Shown one piece after another: positions 11,348-24,589 of a stretch of DNA of 64,000 nt. Under the pieces are notes generated by a model, which was given only the letters and a program-made list of their open reading frames with translations, searched no databases and was not told the origin of the DNA. Source of the DNA: Eledone cirrhosa (taxonomy: Eukaryota); NCBI GenBank assembly GCA_964016885.1, contig OZ024742.1:239258001-239322000 (forward strand). The letters run 5' to 3'. The position numbers and the translations under genes were made by a program. Numbering within the stretch: position 1 is the first letter of the stretch; every line of letters starts with the position of its first letter.

Positions 11348-12383
11348 CTAGCCGAATCACCTGCACCTTGCTGTGTTTCACACATTTTTTTTGTAAAAAA
11401 ATGATGATTGATTTTAAATCAGTGATATATTTTATGGAGAAGAACTCTGCATTTTAATATTATTCAATGTAAAATGTAATACATGAAAAATTGGAAAACA
11501 TTTTTTGTAATATATCAAATCAAAATTACATTATTAAATCTTATTCTTATGTTGTTTCTTGTAAATAATCTTTTTCAAAATATCAATTCAAAACTTGATC
11601 ATTTCATTTTTGTGTAAAGCATTATTTTCAAATTAGAAATTCAAAGTTTAATTATTTATTTTTTAACATAATAAATACATGAAAATATATTTCATACTTT
11701 GTCCTAATGAACTTCTTCATGGTAAACAACATTTCTTGTCTTTCTTTGATTGGCTAAAATGTAGAGATTTTTTGAAGTTCCAGTCCTTGAAACAGCCACA
11801 TAAAACATGCCATGACTGAAACATGGGTTTGTCAGATCTATACCAATAGATTTGAAAGTTTGACCTTGACTCTTATTGATGCTCATGGCAAAGCATGGCC
11901 TCACTGGGAACTGCAGCCTCTTAAATGTAATAATCAACTCGCTATCACTTGGTATAAGTAGAATACTCGGAATGAGAAGAGCTTGACTTTTGTAAGCCCC
12001 AAATATAATGGTTGTTTCAATCGAGTTCTCATGCAATCTTGTTACAACGCATCTTATTCCATTTATTGGCCAAAATGTTCACTATTAGGGGGTTTAACCC
12101 CCCCATTAGGGTGTATTAATATTATTGAAATTTGCTGAAATTTTGTGAATAGGCATCATATCTTGTCATTTACCTATGGTTTAAATTTCATATAAATCGA
12201 AGCGAAAAAATTTTCAGCGGGTGTTTGTGCCCCAGGGAACTCTTTGATTAAAATGAAATATACTTATCCAAGTACCCTGGGCAATGTAGTTTCAGAATAT
12301 GTATGGTTATGGGGGTCTATCTCCAAAACCATAGGAGGAGTTTGTGAACAAACAAACAAAAACTACAACTTTATATATATAGA
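11348..12383 (-). mobile_element. Non-autonomous Helitron, both termini present, retaining the PIF1 helicase C-terminus
   Basis: Minus strand starts A|TCTATATATATAAAG and ends with an imperfect hairpin + CTAG|T. ORF 11704-12036 has FKRLQFPVRPCFAMSINKSQGQT...FSHGMFYVAVSR (PIF1 motifs V/VI). Confidence 0.9.
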
Positions 12384-12698
12384 TTATTATTATTATTCAC
12401 GCCGAGGTTAACTTTGCCTTTCATCCTTACGGGGTCGATAAAATAAAGTACCAGTAATGTACTGGTTAATTGCTGGCCTTGTGCCTAAAGTAGAAACAAT
12501 TATTATTCACTCACGAATACATTTAGGTTTTAGGTCTCCACCACCATCATCATCATCTCCTCCTCCTTCAAATGTTAGTGGGAACAAGGTCTTTCCACTA
12601 TCTTTATCAATCAAAGGAGGCAATCTAGAATATATATTTGTATGGTATGTCTATTCTTATATCTACCCTGTTTATATACTACCAATAAAGATTCTAAC

Positions 12699-12830
12699 TT
12701 CATTGTTTCTGAAGAAGACGGTGTGATCGAACCTATATATTATGTCTGATGGTATACAGTTCTCTAACTGCTATTGATCAGTGAATATATCAATATGATC
12801 AACCCTCCGAAACGATCATAAAACAATGAA
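12699..12830 (+). ncRNA. Type I hammerhead motif with long stem II
   Basis: TTCATTGTTT CTGAAGA [about 93 nt, base GAcGGtgTGATC / GATCAaCCcTCC] GAAA CGATCA TA| AAACAATGAA. Perfect 10-bp helix I; helix III palindrome has one substitution. Confidence 0.7.
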
Positions 12831-15800
12831 ATGACTATGTAAAATGACTTACCATCATTATTATTATCGTTGTTAAACTAATATCTAATATATATATATA
12901 TGAGAGAGAGAATGATGATGATGATGCTTGCTTCCCATCACCTGAACACTCACCCCTAAAGTGAATTTCAATCTTGAAATTATGATGGAATTTTTTTCCC
13001 ACTGGAAAGAATATTTTTGGGCAGTGAGACTATTTGTATGTATGTATGCTCTTCATGTAGAACGCTCCTCTTAGACATTTTCATCTTACACTCTATGGAT
13101 ACACATAATCAGCACATTGTTGCTTTCTGTTTGTCATCTTACATCTGATTTCTCTTATACATAGATTTTCTCTCAGCTCATTTCTTCCCAGCAAAGTGTG
13201 TCCAGCCTTTGCACAGCCTCTTGATTTAGTGCCCATGTTTCACTACTGTACAACACAAAGCATCTTGTACACAATCATCATACAATCACCCCATGAGGAA
13301 ATTTGTTGCCAGCAGATATAAGTTTTCTGGACCTTTTCCAACCTGTTCTTTCTCTGGCTGCTATGATTCTGAAACACATATTTCCATGTTTACCACTTTC
13401 CCTCCCGGTTACACAAATTGCACATGCATAACCTCCATCCACTTAACTACAACTCACACTTTCTTTTCTGAAGAACTATTTGTTCACCCATTGTCCCACT
13501 TTACAAACCTTTTAGCTGTAAAACCTAATTCTTTCTCCACATTTGTTTGCCATTCATTCCACATTATGTCACATTGACCAAAATTGATTATTTTGCAGAG
13601 TCTTTTCTCTTCTTTTCTTCTGTTTCCCTTGAGGACCATTGTCCAAAATATAGAATATGTCAATTTTTTTTCCTTTAAGCATTAAACAAATATAACTACA
13701 TACTCTTGTTCATTTTTTGGTGTTAGTTTTGTTGTTTCTGATACTTTTCACTGGAATGTTTACCATGCTGATGCAGTCTTAGACCCTATAATCCTCAGAT
13801 TACTCTATTTGGATTACACTGGATCTATGATTATATTTTACCACGCTAAATTTCTATACCCTTCTGCATAATTTTATCAGTGTGCCTGACCTCAAACTTT
13901 TTCTCTGTGATCTGTACCTTCACCTCAAACAATTTTTTTATCCTATTCCCCCCTGGCTGTTTTCACGTTTCTTTACATTTCTCCAAACTTTTACTAGGAC
14001 TCATTTCTTCAGCCATTACTCTCTTTTTTAACTATAGTCTCCACTATAATTTAATCCTACTTGGTTTCTGCTTGAAATTCAATCTCAGTAACTACTGCCA
14101 TTGAGCCCATTATCACCTACTATTCCTGTCTCCTCAGTCATGCCACCATCCACTTTATCTATTCCAAAATCTATACCTTGGACTGTAGCATTCCTCAGTC
14201 TCGTTTCCTCCCCTCTACCTGCATCACTCTCAAAACCCTCTGCTACCCACATCCATATCTAGGATGTCAACTGTACCTTCATCCTTGTACTCTGTGTCTA
14301 GCCCCCTGAGTTTGTATCCTGAATGTTGAAAAACGAGCTAAAGTTCCTTACAAATCAAAGGTTACACTTAAGAAGTAAAAGTGAAAAATCACAGAAGTAT
14401 ATGTAAAGATTATCTTTTACTTTAATCCAACATAATGAATAATTTTATAATTGTTACTTGAATTGGATTTCAGTTTTGTCAAATATTATTGGTTTTGATT
14501 GGTATATTAATCTTATCAAATATTAAATAATGAATATCAAAAAAAGTTTTTCCATATATTCTGTGAGCAGTTTGAACGTGAATTTTCTGTCAAAAATTTT
14601 TCTTATATACAGGGTGCGGCATAAATACTGTTACAAAATAAAATGCTTGTAACTCCTTAAATATTTATTGTATCTAGTTACAAAGTAATTAATAAACGTA
14701 ATTAATAAAATGTTTATGAAGGCAATACACACAAACATGAATGCTCGCACACACGTACACACATAGTTTAACATTTTTTTTTGCTGATTTTAGTCAGTTG
14801 GTTGTGATCATGTTAGGGCACTCACTACCTTGGAGGGTAAAGTTGATCATATTGACTCCATAATGATCATCATCCACTTTCTCTGCTCGCATAGGTTGGA
14901 CACATTGCTATGGTCTGTGACTAGACAGGCCAGAAGGGATGATATCTTGCTCCTACATTTCATATTTGACATGGTTTCTATGGTTGGATGTCCTTCCTAA
15001 CACCGCCCACTTTACAGAGTGTACTAAGTGCATTTTATCATGGCACTAGCACTACTACTTTACAGAGTGTGCTGGATGTATTTTATGTCACTGACAACAA
15101 AACATTACAGAGTGTACTGGTTTCATTTAATTATGTTAGTATCACTAGAGAGATTGTCATATGCTTGGCCAGCTTGAAGAGCCTTCTCTACCTTATATTG
15201 TCTCTGATTGCCTATTTCTTTACATATTTTACTGGGTGCATTTTATTATGGCACCAACACTAGAGAAGTTTCCAGGTACTTGACAGTTACAGAGGGTTCT
15301 CTCTACGTTACATTATCTCAGTCTGTTCAGTCACCACTTTACAGGGCTGGGTGGGTACTGAGTGATTTCCATTGTAGTACTGCCACTAGGGAGGCAGATA
15401 TACAAAACAAATGTGGAAACTAAATAAAAAGTAAGATCATTGTAGTAATTGAACTCACATCTTCGCTGATTCCTCAGTATACTTACTACTGTACCATAAA
15501 CCCTCGAACAAACATCAGCCTTTACATTGAAACTTTTGTACACAAGTCACTGAAGGAGCCTCTTATTTTTCCTGAACAGGTCTTTATATTGTTTCATTTA
15601 ATCTAGTGTGTTAGATCTAAGAATGTTCAGAGGCCGTGTGTCAGATCTATGGATATTCAGAAGTAATATGTTAGATCTATGGATGTTCTGAGGGGTTTAA
15701 TTGTATAGCACTGAAGAATATCTGAGCTTCATGTCACTAGTAAGTCAGGCTGTAGTATTGTGCAGTCTGATGTGGGATAAAACTGAGTTACTTCTAAACC

Positions 15801-16873
15801 TAATGGACTAAGATATATTATATTGTAGTCTCTGTAATATTGTGTTTAGTTGCTGTTGATCCTAACTGAGATATATGATAGTAAAGTAGTATAGAATTAA
15901 ATTATAGCTGAACCTTTTGGGGTTTATAGATGAGTAATTTGGCTGTTATGGTTTTAATTATGCCCTGTTCCTTAGAAATTAACATAGGTCACAATAACAG
16001 AAAAAGATAATGAATCTAACTTGTTTTCTTAGAGAAGTGTGTAAACAAGCACAATCTTTTCATTACCATATTTTAAATGAAATACACTGCCTATGTTTTT
16101 CGATTAATTCTGAAAATAATAAAAAAAATTTCGAGGGATTTAGTAAATCTTATGAAGTTAGTGTCGTTACATAAAATTGTAATGGAAGGTTTAAATTCAA
16201 ATTTGAATTCTTTAAAATGTTTTAAAAGCCATAGAATCAAGGGTGGCTTGATATCAAACGGGTTAAAAGAGACAAGTAGTCTGACTAGTAAATATAGCTT
16301 AGAGATCAGAGAGTTGCTCCAGGGTGAGCCACAACTTCTCCACATGAAGAGATCACAACTGTGGTACTACGGATATATGGTTAGAATATCTAAGGGAGGA
16401 ATCGCTGGACAGATTTTATGAGCACAATCAACTGGCATGAAATCCATAGCGAGACCATGAGCAAGATGGTTGGATAACATCCATTAACTTGTTGATCTCG
16501 CTTAGGGATCCAGCTGGATCATTTGGAGATGGTTGCTTTTGATAGGGCCATCTGGAAGGCATGTCTGAGGACTGCTTCCACAACCTGCTCAGGAATAAGT
16601 GGAGGAAGAGGAAGAAGAAACAACAGCTTGTTATTTTGTCTGGCCAAACACCAATACAGCAACAACCTAATATTTTGTCTCACTTATTAATTACATAGTT
16701 CTTCTTACCCCTAATTGGATTCCTTTGAAAGCTGCTGTCATCCAGATTTTCAACCTTCAACAATTTAAAATGAATGGTGACTTCTTTATTCTCACCTACT
16801 TATTGCTATAACTAGTCTAAGAAAACCTGAAAAAACTGAAGCATTCTCTTGATAGCAAACAATGCATAATATA

Positions 16874-18073
16874 TGAGGGTCAGCTGAAAAGTTCATAGGC
16901 TAACCAAGACACTCTCATGGAATGTGACTAAATGAGGTTCATTTTTCAACAGAGTCCACCTTGTGGTCCACACACAGCTTCCATCAGTGTTGCAGTGCTT
17001 GGATTCCATTGGTGAAGAAGCTTTCAGTCTGTTGGTAAAAAAAATCATCAACAGCAGATATGACATCACAATGACTGTGATACTGGTTCCCAATCATCTG
17101 TTTTTTCATGTGGGGGTCTTAATCAGGAGAATAGGAAGGGTGATTAACCCGTTCAAAGCTAGCCATGCACAACAGCCATTGAAACAATGGATTTGTGTGC
17201 TGGAACATTGTCCCGATAAAACAAGAACCCTTTTATTTGGTTTTGTTAGCCTTTTGTAGCCTCAGTAAGTTGGCATTGTACTCTCCATTGAGAGTGTGGC
17301 CCTTTTGAGATAGTCAATAAACAATGCCTTTGCATCTCCAAAAACTGAGAATGTCACCCCTGCAGATGAAACAATGTTGATCTTCTTTGGAGGGTTGGCT
17401 TGTTTCTAATGCATGGCTTGTCTCTTTGTCTCTGGCTGAAAATGATGGATCCAACACTCATCCTAGGTTAGGAAATGTTCAAGGAAATCAGCTGGATCTG
17501 CCTCAAACAATGTCAGATTTTCCTGTGATGTCATTAGGTCTCAGAAGGTGTGGCATTCACCAAGCAGAAACCTTTGTCATGCAAAGTTCATTGTGCAGAA
17601 TATTCTCAACTCTCTCAGGGGATATGTTAACAGCATTGACTATTTGATTTATAGTCGATGGTGAACACGATCAATGTTTTCTTCAGTGGTGGCAGTTGCA
17701 GGATGCCCAGGCCTTGGGTCATTTTCAAGACTCTCTCTTCCCCTCCTAAATTCAGTTGCCCACTTTTGCACTGTTGATAAAGCTGGAGCGTTATCTCTTA
17801 ATGTAGCAACCATGTCAGCAAGAATGTCCTTAGGGGCAAAATCTTTTTTCTACAGGTACTTGATAACACCATGATACCACATTTTGTCCATTTTTCAAGA
17901 GAAGTTGCTACTAGTTACTTTTGAGTTCTTCTTTGGACACTCAGATGTCAGTTTACCTGGAAAGAAAATAATCGCAGTTATTAATAAGAAGAGTTGAAAT
18001 TAATGCATGCAAAATTTCACAGCTCTAGCATCACTCCTTCATAGTTAGCCTATGAACTTTTCAGTCGCCCTTT
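16874..18073 (-). mobile_element. Decayed full-length mariner transposon
   Basis: TIRs gagggtcagctgaaaagttcataggctaac / gttagcctatgaacttttcagtcgccct with TA flanks, about 1.2 kb. Minus-strand remnants DECWIH and RDNVPAH correspond to the DETW and HDNAPAH motifs. Confidence 0.85.
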
Positions 18074-18227
18074 ATACTGTTTGTAAAGGCGTTTTATGTT
18101 AAACATATTATATACTTCACTTGTATTTCCCTTGAAAGAAACATCAAGACTAATTTTTTTAGTTCCCATAGCAGGGAATATATTTTGAAGAAAAGAAATT
18201 AATAAAAATTAATTTTTTTTTTTTTAG

Positions 18228-18372
18228 ATTGATACAGTATTTAATATGCGAAGACCATATGATTTGGTTGCCTTCATGAAACAGGAAGAAAGAGCAGTGA
18301 TGTTAGATAACTTGAAAAAGGAACTATTGAGTCGAAAAGATGAAATTGACAAAAGTGAAGATCGTGACACTG
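18228..18372 (+). CDS. TTC17: TTC17-like TPR protein, internal coding exon A
   Basis: Poly-T tract + ag acceptor, gtatgt donor. Encodes IDTVFNMRRPYDLVAFMKQEERAVMLDNLKKELLSRKDEIDKSEDRDT, resembling the conserved TTC17 N-terminal region as I recall it. Ends in phase 1, matching exon B. Confidence 0.88.
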
Positions 18373-19859
18373 GTATGTTTTCTATATTATTTTCACATAA
18401 TATGACTGGTAGTTTATCTATATACTATTAAAACTCTGTGGTTGGTTGATTGCTTGCTTGTCAGTAATGTAATACAGCCAAAAGAGTGCATAATGGGAAA
18501 ATACTTTGAAAGGAAGTTGCCCCTGAAATGGGAATACAAATGGAATAAAACAAGTTTCGCGTAAATCGAAGCACGGGTTCCCGAGATATGGGGTTTTCTG
18601 GGTACCTTCATAAACAGAGAGAGAGAGGGATAGAGAGAAAGAGATAGTGGTTGTGAGAGAGTAGATTGAAAGAGAGGCATAGAGAGAGGGAGAGGAGAAG
18701 GAGAATGGAAGAGAGAGAGAGCTGGTGGTATTGTGTCTATATATGAGTGTGTGTGTCTATGACCAGTGTATATAGATCAGACACCTACATACACACACAC
18801 ACACACACATTTATATATATATATATATATACACACACATGTATATATATGGGCCTTCCAGTTTCATTTCACATTATATACATGTCTGTGTATATTTTAA
18901 TTATTTTTAAGTAAACATGATTTTAAAAAAATACTTTAAAGTGAACGTGACCCAATGGGTGACAGGTGGTCTAGTATATATACAAAGCTAAAGGATATTT
19001 CTGTTAAACACACGTTCAGACAGATTTTATGTGGCACTCATGATGAAAAGGCAAAGGAGATAGATACCCATTATATAGAGGACAATTAGACATTTCTACA
19101 TAACCACCTACTCTCAGCCACTGACAAGATCTGTGGTTGTAGCAAGGTTTCAGCTGGGTGACAGTTAACATAGGGGTGGAATAACAGTGTAGATTGAGCC
19201 ACAAAAGCTAAAAGACAGATTTAGAAAGACTGGAAGAAAGGGGGCAGCTGAAAGCAAGAGGTTTGCTAATGTTCTGTGACAAGAGGGTCAAGGGCATGAA
19301 GTGTTCTGGATTGCAAAGCAGTGTGTTAATGTTAGTCAAGATGTCATTGAAGGAAAGAGACATGGAAATGCTACGATAAAAGCCTGCTGAAGTAGAGAAT
19401 AGGTGAAAAGAAGAGGGTCTAGTAGAGCTGATTTCTGCTTTATATGTTATCACCTCTGTATTGCATGACTAGTCAGGTGGGTATGTGTTGACATTTCTGC
19501 ATGTGTTATTAACTTTTGTTAATGTTAATGGCTTTTGTGTTGTGGGATTTTTCATATTTGGAATACTGCTGTCGCTCTCTTTCAGACAGTTCCTGCTGAA
19601 TAGGTTTTTGTAGCAGTAGTTAATGAGGAAATGTTTATTTCTCTGGACTAGGAAATTTCTAGCAATATTTGACTTAACATTTAAGGAAAATGGAGGTGTA
19701 AATAAATCATTTTATAGAGTTTCTTATTATAATTGGAAAGTGTGTGTGAATGGTTAGATAATCTTATTTATTTTATTTTTAAATACTCCAGTGAAAATAT
19801 TGTTGTAATAAGAGGCAACTTATTGAAGATTTCTTTGTTGAACTCCTCTGTTATGGCCT

Positions 19860-20720
19860 GCAAAAGTATAATGAACAGGAGTTATGCTGAGGACTAAACC
19901 CTGATGAACTTCTACCTACACACTAAATTAGTCACTAAACTCATTGCCAGCTCTTACTTTGCCTATATATGTGGCTTGCCTCACCCTTACAAGCCATTCA
20001 TAGACCTCCAAATTTTTTCAAAGATCACCAGACTATAGAGCATTCTACTTCTTCAGATGAAATACTTTTTGTCAGTTGTCTCACGAAGAAGGTGAATCAA
20101 TTGTGCTCTGTCCTAGCACAAATCCAGATAGCATCTATCTTTTCATAATCTGTTATCTTCATCTTCATAACTTGATCCTTCAGCTCGATGCTTTGGTAGT
20201 TGCTCCTTTCTAGACCATCATCTTTGCACTTGTTGCAATTAATGATTATACTGCTATGCCAGTCATTGGGTATAGCACCATCATGTATTACCTTCTCTCT
20301 CAGAATGAAAGGCAGATTGTATAATAGCTGTGTTTCAACTGCTATGCTGCATGATAATGAGACTTGGACCATGAATACAGAAGATCTACAATGGTTGGAA
20401 AGAAATGAAGTGTGCATGCTCTGTTGCATGTGTAATGTTAGTGTACATGAATGACTGAGCACAAGGGAGCTGAGTGAAAAATCTGAATATAAGAGGAATC
20501 AAATATAGTGTGCAAGAGAAACAAATGTCCTGGTAAGGACATGGGATGTGTAAGGAAAGCAAGAATTGTATAAAGGAGTGCCAAGCACTTGGAGTAGATG
20601 GAATCTGTGGAAGAAGGAGACCAAGGAAGAAATGTGAAGAATGACTTTAAAGAATGAACCTCACAAAGATGACACAGGATTATGATGATTAGTGACTCAC
20701 TGTGCTAGAAAAGACCTGCC
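19860..20720. mobile_element. Old RTE LINE fragments in opposite orientations
   Basis: Minus: GAIPNDWHSSIIINCNKCKDDGLERSNYQSIELKDQVMK. Plus: FSLRMKGRLYNSCVSTAMLHDNETW. Both are homologous to the young RTE ORFs in this window. Confidence 0.8.
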
Positions 20721-21924
20721 CTTTTAGCCTCGTTGGACAAAACAACCTCTTTAGTGTTGGTGTTACAATGGAGTGCTCTCAGTACCTCACTAAAGTGGTT
20801 GATGAACGAACCAAGTCAACATTGAGTAGAGAGGACTCTTTAGTTATGTCATGGACTTGATAACCTCTCTGGTGTTGGAGCTACAATAAATGACACCCAG
20901 TACACTGTAAAGTGATGGGCAATTGAATGGAGACAATATAATGTTGCTGAGCACATAACCTCACTAGTGTTGGTGCCACAATAAAATGCACACAGTACTC
21001 TTTGTAAAGTGGTTGGCATTAAAGAAAACATCTAGCCATAGAAACCATGCTAAAATATGAGTGAGATATGGTCACTCAATCTGTCTTGCCTTAGACTATG
21101 ACAACCTGTACAACTCTTGCCTGCATGGGAAACGGATGTAAAATGATGATGATGTTGAATTGCTTAGTATTTTACTTTATGCTATATTTGATTGAGTTTC
21201 AGGAGAAATATAATCTTCACAATTTGATTCAACATTTAAGGTGTGTTCTGTTTTGCACTGATACCTTTATTAATTATACTATCCTAATGTAAAGCTTGGC
21301 TTTACTTTATCTTGAGAGCTATTTGGTTTTTAAAGCATTGTCATTGGAGATGCAACCAGCTAAAACATTTGTTTCTCTATTTCAATTTCAATTTGTGGTG
21401 TTAATATAGGAAATGGGTGTTTAAGATATGCTGCAATTATAGGCCTGTACATTATTGTACATTACTTCAATTTTTATGCTATTTTAAGAAATACAATTGT
21501 ATATATAAATTTTAAGAAATACAATTGTATATATAAATTTTTTAAAGTTCAATGCAGAAATTAGAATTGTAAGACAATTATGATATATAACAAATGTGAA
21601 TAATAATAAAAAAAAAAAAAAAAAAAGGAAATTTATAAACACATTTTTCCCCTTGAAAATATTTAAGTGAAATCATTGCTTTGTTATTTTCTGAAATTTT
21701 TGTAACCAGGTAGAAGTTAACTTTATCAATTTTGGATATATTCATATACACTTCAAGCAATTTAATATTTTTATCATCAATTTCTGTTTATTATAATGAA
21801 AGCAATTTTATATGGTGTAAATGATACCGAAATAACATGAATCTAATGTATGAAAACCTATATTTACTTCTTCACTCATTTAATATTTTTCTGATATTTT
21901 AATTTATTTACTTTTAATTTTTAG

Positions 21925-22039
21925 ACCTGGAGCAGAGATTTTATCGATCTGAGCCAGATTGCATTGCTGTTGGTAAACCTTTGCCAGAGTTTGATCTTTA
22001 TATTAGTACTGTCCTGCCTTTAGAAAACAAGGGTATCAG
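21925..22039 (+). CDS. TTC17: TTC17-like exon B
   Basis: tttttag acceptor, gtatgt donor. (D)LEQRFYRSEPDCIAVGKPLPEFDLYISTVLPLENKGI(R). Phase 1 in, phase 2 out. Confidence 0.9.
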
Positions 22040-24324
22040 GTATGTTGATAAGGTTAGATTAATCTTACTCAGTCATTTCTCACCTTAATATATCTTGTAA
22101 GTGTTCTAAATCTTGCTCTTCACTTCAACAATTTATCCATAGTTTACATAGGTCAAACCATTGTGTTCCTTACAGTAGCTATCATCTAAGGCCTACATTC
22201 TTCATATTATCAAGACTGCTAGTCTTTGTAATGTACCATGGGTGAATGGTTAAGATGTTCGCTTCACAATCATAAGAATACAGGTTTGATCCTTCTGCTT
22301 GGATTCTTGAGCAGCATGTGCATTTTACTATAGCCTTGGATCAACCTAAGCATTGTGAGTTAAATAAGATAAACGAGAAGCCCATCAGCTGGATTGTACT
22401 AATACTCATTCTACTTAAGGAGTATGTTAAGAGTATGCATGTCGGCGGAATACTCAGTCACTTACACACTAATTCTACAAAGAGATAGTTTATTGGAGTG
22501 AACAACTGAATACTTATCATTGCAAACAATGCTATATTGTTTTAGAGAGCACAAAACATATCCTACACTTGAGTACTGTTTTCATGTGTAGGATGATATG
22601 TGTATGGGCACTCCTGCTACTCAAATGCCTTACACACATACTTATCCAAATAATACTTGTTTGCCTGATAGATAAGGTAGTATATTTTCCTGCTCCTGCT
22701 ATAGCATATGCTTCTGTTCCACTAAATTCTTAGTATCTGTCTTCCATATTTTGTTCCCTCCAGTCTTTTACACTTCTAAAGCTTTGTACTAAAAAGTGTT
22801 CTTTTCTCTCAACTATCTCTTTCCAGAGTATCTGTTGTCTGTTTTTTACCCAGCCTCTCACTTGCAACAATTTTAACTAAACAGTAATCTCATTAACCCT
22901 ATCTAGTCATCCCAGACAAGGCTGATCTAAAAATAAGTTAATATTTCCATTTTCACTATTTAATCATTGTCAGTTTCTATAGTGTTGAATGTGAGTGAGT
23001 CTGAAAAATAATTGCAAAATGACTTCATGGGAGTGTTCTACAGAGATGGAATGTTTGAGGAGAGCCTTTCATTACTATATTTCTAATGTATGACACTGCT
23101 TATGATTTTCAAATCATTTTGAAAATAATCAAAAATTTAAAGGGATTTAGATATTTAACTAATGTTCTCATTAAGTTGGTATTTAAAACATAACTTAACA
23201 ATGGTTCTTACATAAAATTATGATGGAAAGCCTTTAAATAAATATAACCATTTAAAATAAATAGCACTGCATAATCAAACTGGGGGGTGGTTTCAGACAG
23301 ATTGGTATCAAAAGTGTTAATGGTTGATAATACAAAATCTGCAAGAGAACATTCTCCACCTGTTGAGGAATCACTATCTTTGTACTTGTACATTTCCTCA
23401 TCAATGATTTATGGCTGCTATGAAGGTAATTGACATATAATTCAATACCAGCATTATGCAGCAAGTTGACAATGATACCAACCAACTCTAATAGATCTAA
23501 CATCCACTAATTATCTAGCTAGATAACAATACACATTTTTACTGTAATTAAAGCTCCCAGTCCAAGTCCAGCCTGTAAAGTGGCTAAATTAGTGTCAACA
23601 AAAAGCACCCATCCCACCCTGTAAAGCGGTTGTGTTTGTGACATGACAAAAAAGTTGGTGTTAGGAAGGGCATCCAGTCATAGAAAACTAGCCAGAAACA
23701 GTTCTGCAAGACACGGCCACCTGATCTGACTTGTCTCACAATGGGACAGCGAGGAAAATGAACATTAAATGCTGATGATGATGATGATGCATTGGCACTC
23801 CATCACCTTTAGCTATTGATTTGGGTGCAGAGCTCAGTATTTTCTCTGGTCAGAAGTTCATTTTCTTGCATTTTTTCTTCTACTCAGCATTAGAGTAATA
23901 ACAACTTGTTTATAAATCAGCTAATTTGTGACAAGCATTGTTTAGCATGGAAATATGAAATGCAGTTGTTATCCTATTACTTTCCAACAATAGAGTGCTA
24001 GAATGTTTGCTCTCTAGTAATTAACATAGCACCTTGAAAATTAGCTGTATTGTTGATTCTGATTTGTTTGTTTGAAGTTGGCAATGTTTCTTATCAACAG
24101 AAGAATGCTCATTGACAGTGGCCACATAAAGAAAGCAAATTTCAGTATATTCTTTAGAAGTCACAACTGAAAGAGATAAAGCAGGGTCTTCACATTGCAG
24201 CTATGAACAGTCTGTCCAATACAAACATTGTGCTGCATCTGAGTCTATACATCTGTTTTTTGTAGGGGATAAAGGTAGCTTAATGATTTTATCTCCTTGT
24301 GTTGCTATAATGTACTTCACTTAA

Positions 24325-24544
24325 CCCTTTAGCATTTAAACTGGCTGCATCCAGCCAGAATTCTCTCACCTCTTTCTGTTCAAATTGGCCATAACTAGCC
24401 ACTCATACTGACGTTAAGGTATTGTTCTCAAAATAAATAACATCAACATCTCATAGATTTGATATTATGTGAGATATTATGTAAGGTAAAGCCTTTACCA
24501 TGAAAATACAATAGTATATATAGAGTAATGTAAATGCTAAAGGG
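24325..24544. mobile_element. piggyBac-type MITE
   Basis: ttaa|ccctttagcattta ... taaatgctaaaggg|ttaa: 14-bp TIRs and TTAA TSD. Confidence 0.85.
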
Positions 24545-24589
24545 TTAAGGCAGTAAAAATCATATTTGCCATCTACTTTGAAATAGTCT

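Noticed and set aside
11704-12036. Host PIF1 helicase gene
   Set aside because: Only the C-terminal motifs are present, with no splice structure, and they sit within canonical Helitron termini.
21483-21540. Exact tandem duplication of about 27 bp, and a ~29-bp triplet repeat at 15607-15695
   Set aside because: Ordinary local slippage duplications with no further structure.
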